Shown here in pieces: positions 26,201 to 38,400 of a DNA stretch of 64,000 bases. The notes beneath the pieces are model-generated. The model searched no databases, was not told where the DNA came from, and was given only the letters and a program-made list of their open reading frames with translations. The DNA comes from Eledone cirrhosa (taxonomy: Eukaryota). The stretch is from contig OZ024741.1 of the NCBI GenBank assembly GCA_964016885.1, forward strand, positions 392,460,001 through 392,524,000, given 5' to 3'. Position 1 is the first letter of the stretch, and every line of letters begins with the position of its first letter. The position numbers and the translations under genes are program-made.

Positions 26201-29200
26201 AACTCAGGACTTAAAGAGCCAAAACTAAATATTGTAAGATGTGTCCTGTCTAATGTTTTGCCAATTCATCATAAAGGTATTATCCTTGTTTTATATTATT
26301 TACAAGCAAAAAGACCCTACCCAGGCAGTTTTCTGTATACATATATATATATATAATTGTTTCTACTTTAGGCACAAGGCCAACAATTATCCAGTACATT
26401 ACTGGTACTTTATTTTATCGACCCCGTAAGGATGAAAGATAAAGTTAACCTCGGCGGGATTTGAACTCAGATATATATAATGCAAGCGTGGAATATGGAC
26501 GTTAAACGATGATGATGATGATGATGATAATTCAAGAAAGAAGAGTGACATGGTTGGCTATACAATAAGGGCTTTATTCACATTGCTGACAATTGTTTCT
26601 TTGATCTGGTAGGTCTAACTGGACTACATCTAAGTGGACTGCCTATAACGATAACCTGTTATCCCGTATATATATATATATATATATATATATGTTCTAC
26701 ACTGTAGACAGGTTTGGTGTTAGGAAGAGCATCCAGCTGTACAGTTGTGTTTGAGCCAATTACAGCTCATCCAACTGGCCAGACTAATCTCATAATGTGG
26801 AGGACCCTTCTAACTCATGCAAGCATGGAAAAATAGCTGTTAAATGATGATGATGAGGATGATGATATGTATATATGATATGTATATATGATATGTATAT
26901 ATGATATGTATATATGATATGTATATATGATATGTATATATGATATGTATATATGATATGTATATATGATATGTATATATGTAAATGTTGATAATGTCTG
27001 TCTTCCCCATTTGGTGAATATTGCAGTCCAGTTATACATGCCAAATTTGGGAAGATGGATGGTCTGCGTTTGATTTGTCAAATTTGGAGGGTGAGAATGG
27101 TTTCATTTGGCAGGTGTCATGAGGACAGGTTGGCATTCAGTTTAGGATGTTTATGGACTGATTGGAGCAATAACAGTCTTATATATGTATATATTGTTGA
27201 TGACTGGGTAGTGAATTGCTTAAAAGAATGAACATTACATTTTAGTCAGGATGGTATTTTAAACTCATACCAATGCAATTTGATTTCTCACTTGAATCTA
27301 ATACCACAAGATACTTAAATATCTACAGATAATGTATTGTATATATGTAGTTAATTGGTGGTTTTGGAGCTGAATGTTATAATAACATTATGATTATAGT
27401 GTTACAGAGAAGCACATGAAGGAATTGAAGAATTATTAGTCTTTTCAATTTATCTTAGAGAAAATAGGAGTAAAAATGTTGAAAATGTTAAAAGAAGAGA
27501 AAATATTTTTTGATTGAAAATACCTTCATACTGCCCAAATCCAGAGGGTAAAATAAACCGGAGTCCTAATACACCTTCAAGATCTTCCATTGACACCAAA
27601 CTCCGAAGAATAGCACGAGCTCTCAAAGAATTGCTTCGTCCAGCTTTAAGGGTTTCAGCATCAGGAGCACATCGTCCCAATAAATCAACCAAGCTAGAGT
27701 AGAAGTTGAGGATTGCACATCCCATATCTATATAGTCTTCATCATCATCAGCTGGCAGAGTTGTAAAATCATATTTACTGAAGAAAATAAAAGAATAGAT
27801 AGTTCTGTAATGAAGCATCACATTTAATGACAGTTTAGCATGATTTCTTTTGCAATTGGACTGATATAAATTGTCTATATTTTGTAATATTGCTGTTGTG
27901 GTAGTTATAAACACTAATTAGTGTGTGTGTTAGGATGCATTACAGGAATATAAATAAACCGAGTATTTCATTGGTACTTATGTTATCAATCCTGAATGGA
28001 AGGTATAATTGGTTGTAACTACATATCACAAGGTATTTTTCTGATTCTCAAATAATTCTGCCAAACCATGCTTAGAATGGTAGTTATAAATTGGAATAAT
28101 TTGGGCAATTGTAATAGTTTGATTTGCTGATTCTATGACTATATAAGAAAATATGTTAACGATGCCATTGAAATGAAATATGGGCAGTAAATGCAGAGGA
28201 TATGGAGAGGCTCAAGAGAACTAAAGTGAACATGCTTCAATGGATGTGTGATGTGGAAGGTTGCTACAGTATAGAAAGAACAAGGATGAACTGGGAAGAA
28301 GTGGGAAAAGTGGATCTCAGAATTCTGAAACTGATGGAGAAGATGATGAAGGAATGTAATAGGAGGAACGAGGCTGGTATGGAAATTTGTTCAACTCATG
28401 CAAAATTGAAGAAAGAACATAAAAAAGATGATGAGGATCCTGACACACACACACATATGTGTGTATATATATATATATTTATATACACACATATGTGTGT
28501 ATATAAATATATATATATATGAAGGAGTCAGGACGCTACAGCTCCTGCTGTTTCAACAACTAGTTCCGAAAAAAAAAAAAAAATTTACAAGGAAATGGTT
28601 AATGTGTCTAACTTTGATTACCTCTGGAAAAGGTATTCTCCACCTGTGTCATCATCGTCATTAATAACTCTGAGGAAGTTAGCAGCATTAGTGTCTTTCG
28701 CTGCAGCAATTTGTTCAGACATTTTGATTCCATCTCGGGTAGCCTTAAGCAATCCACTTCCTTCACCACGCAGGGCTGGGCCTAAGCACTCAGGCTTGCG
28801 GATAAGTAGGCGAACTACTAGATTGGCATTCTCTTCCACACTTTCTCCTGTAATATAAAAAAAATAAAATGCTATATTCTGTCACACACATAACAATATA
28901 ATGATTGTAACTTAAATGTTATATCTTATATTCTTTTATTCTTTCTTCATTTCTGTTACTGGTTACAGTCATTAGACAGCGCATTATATTGTGTGGGCCA
29001 ATTTCAAAAAGCTTTTGTCGAACATATAGACCCCATTTCTTATTTTAGCCTGGCAATTGCATATCGACCCCTATTTGTTGAATTGCTAAGTAACCTAATG
29101 TAAATATCTATTTTAAGTTTTTGACCAGTGTAAAGGCAGCAAATTAGCAGAGTCATTAGAAAGTTGGATAGAATGCTTTGCAGTATTCATTTCAGCTCTC

Positions 29201-30078
29201 TGCTCTCTGGGTTTAAATCCTTCTGAGGTCAATTTTGCCTTTCATCCATTCTAGGTCGATAAAAAAGTACCAGTCAAGTACAGGGATCGATTCTTCTTCT
29301 ATATCTCTTTCTCACTTCCATTCTCTCACTCTCTATCCTTCTCTGGAAGAAATCTGCTGAATTCAAACCTTGGGTGTTTTAAAACCTGGCTCTGCCATAT
29401 GTCAATACAGCACCCCTACAACTCCCTCAAGAGTGGGACCATACATGCATGTAAACATAGACATGACACATATCCATATATATAAATATCACAAAAGAAA
29501 GAGAATCAGTGTTGCAACGAATGGAATTTATTGGACATATTACAATCGTTTCTCTGGCGACTAGCTCGAGGCACGATCGATTACCTGACTCTGAAAATCG
29601 CAAGGTCCTCAGATACGTCTTGATTCTACGAAGCAGATTTTCCAAATTTGGAAAATCTGCTTCGTAGACCTTGCGATTTTCAGAGGCAGGTTTGATCATC
29701 CCATCGATCGTGCCTCGAGCTGGTCGCCAGAGAAACGATTGTAATATGTCCAATAAATTCCATTCGTTGCAACACTGATTCTCTTTCTTTTGTGATATCA
29801 TACTCTGCTCTGTGAGAGCATTGAGTGCTCAAACGGCTACCGCATACAACTCTAATTCCAAGCATCCAACACCAATTATATATATATCCACATACACACA
29901 CATATATATATATATATATATACATACACACACACACATACATATATATTTATATATTTATTAAAATAACAGATTAAAGTTTAAGCAAAGAATCGCTGCT
30001 TTCACCCTTAACGGGATCTTATATATATACACATACACACACATATATATGTCTATATATATATAAATATATGTGTGC

Positions 30079-30146
<68 letters not shown>

Positions 30147-30147
30147 T

Positions 30148-30182
<35 letters not shown>

Positions 30183-32543
30183 ATATTAAAATATAAATAT
30201 TAATAAAATAGATGTTCTTTTGATCAATTACATCTTATTATACATATTTCGGATGTACAACAGTACGTCCTCATCAGACAAAATATAATGATACATGACA
30301 TACTCTGAGATGTTAAATGGTTAAGATTTAATCAAGGTAGTGATTAACCCAAGATAAAAGTTTACTTATATAGTCTAATTATGAGAAAATGCGAAAACGT
30401 AATAAATTCATTAGAGAATGTGTGAGTAAGAAAAAACGTTGCTTACTGTAACTGTTCTAAAAGTTTTTAAAATGTATGATACTATGATATATCTAGGAAA
30501 ACGTCTCATGAATCATAACAGCCAGTGATAGCCACTGGAAAAAGATTTATAAACAGGGAAAGATAAGGGGGGGGGGGTGATATATGTAGAAGGAAATTTT
30601 TTCAGAAAGTTAAACGGTTAAATTTGAAAATATTTAATTTATAATATTAGGGTGAAGACTGCAGATTTCAGTATTATTTGCTGGTTATTTATATATTATT
30701 TTTTTTATTATAACTTTCCCTTTCATCCTTACGTCTGTCGATAAAATAAAGTACCAGTAATGTACTAAGTAATTGCTGGCCTTGTGCCTAAAATAGAAAC
30801 AATTAATGTTTTTCACTGTTGATTATATATTCCTGGTAACCGAGTTATTATTGGATTGGTGTTGTTGCGTCTTTTTTTTCTCGTTTTATGTGAGGCTAAA
30901 AAAGTGGACGTAGCTTTATGGAGGCAACTAGAGAATAATTCGCTTTTTTTGTTAATTAGGGTCTCATAGTTATTAATAATCAACAGGGTCTCCATTGTAC
31001 AGAGCGGGCAGTTATTTGATATACTAGAGTTGCGGTAAATTCCACAGTTCCGAAGCTTTGTCCAAAAAATGGAGTATTTTAAATTCTTCTCTTTTAATGA
31101 CCATATGAGCTGTGATAAAGACGTGGATGATTTCCTCTTAGAGTTCGAAAATGAGCTTTTATGGTTCGCAAAACGGGCTTTGAATGTGGACGATGTCGAA
31201 CCTATGTAGTTGTATGTTTTGTGATCAGTTTTTACGGTGCATTTATAAACCAAATTACTATCTAAACAATTATTTTGCAAAGGGCAATTAGTTTTATTTC
31301 TACAATTACATTTTGGTTTAGTATCATTTATGTTAACTCTATTATTATGATCATTATTCTGGTTTGGTTTTAGGATTTTGGCGTTTAATTTGGCAATGTT
31401 TTGGGCCATATTACTGGTTGTAGAATTTGAGAATTTAATGGTATGTCTATTAAAAATGGAATGGTATTTATGTTGAGTAGGGAAAGAGGTGTCAAGAGCT
31501 TTAAAGAATAATTTTGCAATTGGTGTTTTAACTGCGACCGAAGCATTGGGTGCAAACCATATGACTGGTTTAGATCTAGTTCGTATTCTCGATTTATTTA
31601 GCGTATGTGTGTTTGAATTATAATTATTAGAGTTTCTCTTATATATGTTATTATTTTATTATTATTATTAGGAATAATACTTAGATTATTATTATCTATA
31701 TTATTCATATATCCTGCTCTTTTTAACACGTTGTAGTATACAGCGTTTTTATCAAATATATCTTTATTAGCTGATATTTTATTAATACGTTTTTGCACAC
31801 TATTTACTATAGCTTTTATTTTACAGATATAGGGTGATTTGAATAAAAAATTTCCTTCTACATATATCACCCCCCTCCCCCACACCCTTTATCTTTCCCT
31901 CTTTATAAATTCTTTTCCAGTGGCTATCACTGGCTGTTATGATTCATGAAACGTTTTCCTAGTTATATCATAGAATCATACATTTTAAAAACTTTTAGAA
32001 CAGTTACAGTAAGCAACGTTTTTTTCTTACTCACACATTCTCTAATGAATTTATTACGTTTTCGCATTTTCTCACAATTAGACTATATCAGTAAAATTTT
32101 ATCTCGTGTTAATCACTACCTTGATTAAATCTTAACCATTTAACATCTCAGGGTATGTCATGTATCATTATATTTTTTCTGATGAGGACGTACCGTTGTA
32201 CATCCGAAATATGTATAATAAGATGTAATTGATCAAAAGAACATCTATTTTATTAATTGTTTCTACTTTTGGCACAAGGCCATAATTACCCAGTGTATTA
32301 CTGGTACTTTATTTTATCGACCCCATAAGGATGAAAGGCAAAGTTAACCTCGGCGGGATTTGAACTCAGAATGGCAAGGGCCGTAACTCTATGCGTCAAA
32401 GCATGGCGTCCGACCCTCTACCGATACTGCCAATCCACTGTATTTTAATATTAATAACTCCGGAAAATTATTTTTACCGTAGAGTGCTTTCAATCTACTG
32501 TAAAACTCATTCTTTGACATAATCATTGAATATCGTTTAACAC

Positions 32544-32584
<41 letters not shown>

Positions 32585-35379
32585 ATATATATATTAATAT
32601 ATATATATCGGTATATTTTGATTAATTTCTTCAGTTGTTTAGTTACAAAAATGCTGTTTCAATAGATGATTCCACAAAATTAGGCAGAATTAACTTAATC
32701 TACAAATATAATATTGACTAATTTAATTTTCTTATGAATGTTTTACAAATACAGAAGTAATAAAAACTCAGGTTTTAAGAAATTAAGACATTATTTCAAA
32801 ATTATCTGAATCTACTAAAATTATTAATAACTTTTATAGAACTATGTTACATAATAGAAATGAGGAATCTTCACACAGGAATTTTACATACCATTTACCC
32901 AGACACAGAATCGGAAAAAGTCCAAAAATCTCTCTCCTTCCACAGGATCCCAACTAATATCAGGATATCCTTTCTCCAAAAGTTCAGCATTGCTTTGGAG
33001 ACCACAACGAGACAAATAAACAGTAATTCTTTCCAAATTCGACTCTCGGAGTGCTAAAGCAAGTTCGTTGTTATCCATAAGAGAAGAATATGCTACATCA
33101 AGAGGGCAGGAGCCTCGCAGTGATGGACGAGCTGTTGAGAATAAGAAAATATTGTAATATAATATATGTAACAGGCTTTCGTCTGGATTCAAAACTAGGA
33201 ACTCTTCATTTATTTTCACATCAAACACTGAAAAACATCTACTTGTAGCCAAAGAACCATGATGATGTAAACAACAGGCGATTTTTCTAGGAGTAAACAA
33301 CAGGCCTTTTCTACTCAGGAAAAGAGACTGATGATTTTGCTGCTCATAATCAGTTAAGCAGGATTTATCGCTATTATATAAAGAAGTTTGAAAGCCAAAA
33401 ACATCAGACAACACTAGAAGTTTGGCAGTGTCATGCCATAGTTAGCAATCATCTCAAATCCTAAAATCCTAAATGCTGCTTACACACACAATCTCAATTT
33501 TGGCTCTCATCTGAAATAAAATTGTCATTTCCTACATGAACTCATTGAGCTCTGTTCACACTCTATATATCATTATGAACAATTTTAGATACAATTCATT
33601 GTCTGTCATTCTTCTTCTATGATTTGATGTAATCATATTTATTATTGAACCTTAGAAATACTTATAATCTAAAGGATCTGTTTATCCTGCTTTCCATGAC
33701 TCCATCCTCCATACCAACACACATCTATTTTCACTTCAATTGGTAATAAATCACAATTCACACAGTTTATTTTGTCCAACCCTTAACTCAACACACATGT
33801 ATTATACAAAATTTACTTATTTCAACTCAGTATAATTATATTATATAACACAAACACATGGGAGTTCATTACATTGCAGATTCAACTTATAATCATTCTT
33901 CCAAAGGTTTGAACATCATTTCAAATTTCTGACTGGTCAATAAATAACTTTATTTTTACTCAACAAATATTTTCATTTTTCTCTGTTCATTTGATGTTCA
34001 CTTTTCATTAATATCGAAATTAAATGGATATGATTGTGATTTTGTTCTTGGTTTTAACCCAAATTAATTTCACTTCAACTAAACATCAACCAAGTCCTCA
34101 TATTAATCAAATTCTTCTTAGATTTGAAGAGAAGGTAGTTTTCATTACTCTCAAACTACTTGTAGTGTTATTATTATTTTTTTCTAGTTGATGATAAAAG
34201 CAGTGCCTTATAGAAATGACTTCTTCAGTCTTTTATTGCTAGGATAATATACCTTGTATTGGCATCAAGTCCTGCCCATCAAGTAGCTAAACATTTATGC
34301 ATTATATTTTGAATATAAAAAATTATTTGTTCTCACCAAGAAGCATGCTACTGTTTTCCAGTAAATAACTTAAATGTTCAAACATTGCTCTTTGATTCTG
34401 TCGACTGATGCGGCAAAAGTAACAGAGGAAGCGACAACACATGACAACCATTTCAGCAGCAGCGTCTTGCTGTGGAAAAAAATTATGAGGTGTCATTAAA
34501 TCAGTGTAACCAATAAAGTGCAACTGAGAGATAAGGGAATCCAGTAGTAGAAAGCATGTCAAAATGGGTTGAAAGGACTCTTCAATTGTATCAGGAACAT
34601 GACAACATCACTTGTGTTGATTACATGATAAAATGCACCCAGTACACTCTGTAGACTGTGAGATGAGTTGCTCTAATTGAGTACTAACTTGGTCTGTGTT
34701 GACCTGTCCAACCATTGCTAGCAGATAAAATGGACACTAAATGAGAATGATGATGATAATGATATATTATATGTATATGTAATTTGCACTCACACACACA
34801 TGGACACACACAAAAGGACTGAATACCGAAGTAGAGTTTAAATATTCATTTAATATTGCTAGGTTGCTGAGCCTTGTTACTCTAAAGTTTCACCTGCATA
34901 CTCACAGTATCATCAGACAAGCTTGTCTTGTCTGATGATCTTGTTAGTGTGCAAGTGAAACTTCAGAGATAACAAGGCTACTCACTTAGTCACATTATAT
35001 ATATATATATATCACCATCACATTCATCGTTTAACGTCTATTTTCCAGGCTAGCATGGGTTAGATGGGAATTGTCCCACTTGAGGCAAGATTGGTCGGGT
35101 GACTGTGTCTCGCTCATATAGGACTATCTGGTAGGTTTTCTATGGCTGGATGCCCTTCCTAACACCAACCACATTTACAGTGTGGACTGGGAGCTTTTAC
35201 CGTGTTACCTACACGGCCATATTACAGCGTGGGCTGTGTGTTTTTGTGTTGTGACACCTACACAACCTTATTAGTTTGGACTGGATGTTGTGGTACAAAC
35301 ATAACTTTACAGAGAAAGGGTGGTGTTGGTGGGAGTGGGAGGATGGAGTAGGGGTAGTGGGTTGGGGTGTATATTTGGT

Positions 35380-35414
<35 letters not shown>

Positions 35415-38400
35415 AGTTAAGAACTCAGAGTAGTCTCTTACAATTAAATAGCTCTAAGAAAAAAGCTTTTCCGAGTCGTATAATATAATTGAATAAATAA
35501 GAGAGAAGAACACTAATATAAACATACATGTGTTCGAATCACAAGGACCAAATTTGCTAGGGTGAAAAAATACTAACTACAGCAATATGGTTTGTTATCC
35601 TTAACTTTAAATATTAAATTAAGAAAAATTAAGAAAAATAACAGACCTATATTGGGCAAAACGCCTGGTAACAACTAGACAGTATTGGAGACTGTTTCGC
35701 AACATCTTATTAAGTGAAGTTCTCACGTTTCTCTGCTCCTCACTAGTTGTTGAGAAATTAGTGATCTTTCACTTCTAAAAATATTAGAGAATGAATTGTG
35801 TCGATATGAAATATCGCACATGTCATTCGGAACCCAGCTTGTCTCGAAATTCCCTGCCGTTAAAAATAGTAGCCTGGCTGACAGGACATTAAAAATTAGC
35901 TCTACATGATGGAGCCGACAAATATATATTGAGTTAAGAACTCAGAGGTTAAGGATAACAAACCATATTGCTGTAGTTAGTATTTTTTCACCCTAGCAAA
36001 TTTGGTCCTTGTGATTCGAACACATGTATGTTTATATTAGTGTTCATCTCTCTTATTTATTCAATTATATATATATAAAGGTGATGAACTGCCAGAGTTG
36101 TTAGAGCATGAATACCTTGTGGTATTTTTTATAGCTCAGTGCACTCTGATGAACATCAACTTTTTGTTTCATTCTTTCAAGATTGATGAAGTGCCTGGGG
36201 GTGCTTTATAGTATTTTCTTTGGTTCCTTATGTTCTGAGTTTACCTCTGACAAAGCTGATACAAATATCCACCCTTGCCTATCCATTTGACAACATTGGT
36301 GGCAAGGGTAACTGCTGGCCGTCCACGAAATGCTCTATGTTTTGGAGGTGAACTTTTCAGGTGCATATGCAAGGTTTTATGTGTGCTTGTATGTGTTCAC
36401 ATGTGCATGTGTTTGTGTTTGATCAGAATTTTAAGATTACACTGTTTTCTAAAATTATGAAACAAAATATTGATTAACATGTCAAAATTTGTAGTTGTAT
36501 TCAAATAGTTAATTTGTCCCTACCTTACTCTGTACAGCACTTGGATCACTTTCACTTGGTGCACCAGCAATTGAGGTTCTGTTTCCTGCAGCTTGCTCAG
36601 AGGCTGCAGCTTGCTGATGTTGTTGTGCTTTATTTAGTGTATTTACCATAAGTTGCATAACTGTTTCATGTACACATAATGCACGCATCAAATCAGGATG
36701 CTGGAAAAATACTTTGTTGTCCATTAGTTCCCTAAAAGGATAAATAAACCACTGACAATTATTTTTGTAAGTATTAATTGCTTCTCTTGCTTACATAATA
36801 CCTATTAATTTAACTTCAATCCTATTGCATTATTCCTGTTTAGAAAAACAATTTTACTGTAATATACTTTCTTTTTATAATATTGGCAGTTCTTGAAAGT
36901 TATTTAAAGACACAAATAAATCTCCATCTTATCGTTACATAAGATTTTTTCCTCACTAGTGTTGTTGTTTAGAACAACTAGCAAAAATTTCATAGTACAT
37001 ACTTGAGGCTTGTTTTCATTGACTCTTCTTCATCAACTGCCACTTGTACTAAAAGCAATGAACGAATATGTCCTAAAGCTTTTAATAATTCATTGATGTC
37101 TAGAATACTGGAATTACTGATTGCGTAGGCTTTCTCCAAAGCAGAAAGTAACTGAAATAAAAATAAAAAAAATCAAATAATATTGAAATATACTGAAATA
37201 AAGAAATTAAGAAAAAACATCCTATAGTTGATTTTTAATTATATATTAGTTACCATTTATCAATTCTATATATTTCCAAAAAAGTATATTCAAATATAAA
37301 TGACATATATAGTAAATATATATGGAGTATTTGCTTTGATAACTTTTTTCTTTCATCTTATGTATTAGATAAAAAAAATTCCTTTTCAACTTTCTTTAGC
37401 TTCTCTTTATTTATTGCCTAGCTAACAGTCATAATTTCACATGATTAAAGGTTCCAACGTTTTTATTTGAATTTTCCTAAATTCTATTAATTTGACACAT
37501 ACAGTAACATAAAAAAAATATGTCAATTATTTTTTAACTTCAACTTAGTGCTTCAGTTAATAGTTAATTTACATTTTATTTTTGATAAAATCTTCACAAA
37601 ATCCTGTAAAGTTCTATGGAAAAGAGAATAAATATAAATTGTATTGGAATTGTGCTAGCAATTATTTTTCTTGTTTTAGGAGGATTTTCAAATAAAAATC
37701 AACATTTTTAATAATGAAAATCTGGCCTTCCGTGTAAAAATTATTATTAGATAACATGTATATAATTTAAAAACTAGTTTGTTGTTAAAAGCCTTAGTTT
37801 ATATGTTTTTCTTTGTCTTCCTGTTTTTTATGAACTGTTTTTAATGTTTGCAAAAAAAGAAAATGTTTAATATTCTGTCTGTTATTGGAATATCTGTGCC
37901 ACATTGATAATGTTAGCTCAACTGAACATAACTAGACAGAAAATGAGGATTCTTCTTTTGAAATTATAAAAGAAAACAAAAAATGTCACTTACTTCTGCA
38001 ACACCATTATACTGTCTATGAAGTAGACAAAACATTTCTCTTACAAGGTTTTGATCAGAGAGGAATGCTTCTTCTCCCCACCGGACCATAGTTTGGGCAA
38101 TAAGTTTTTGCAGGGAATCTATATATATATAAATAAAAATTGAGTATTGATTATCAAAATATTCACAAATTGATACTTTTATCATCATTATTGGTGGATT
38201 AAGTAATTTGTTTCAGCATTCTATTTTTGTTTTATTTAAATAGATTGCTTATATATAAAAAATATCAGTTTCACAGCTAGGGAGCTTAAATGGTATGTTG
38301 AGATTCAATAGAAAGATGGGACAACAAGAATTGATATTTGTCAACAAGACCTTATATCTTCTTTTTCTTCTTCTTTGCTGAGTGGGTCATGGGGGCAGAA

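Larger units (their letters stand above)
30200..32257 (-). mobile_element. 5'-truncated Penelope-like retroelement with inverted pseudo-LTRs
   Basis: GIY-YIG ORF plus RT thumb remnants; about 400-bp inverted repeats at 30200-30602 and 31845-32257, each with a hammerhead; inserted in (TA)n. Confidence 0.9.
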
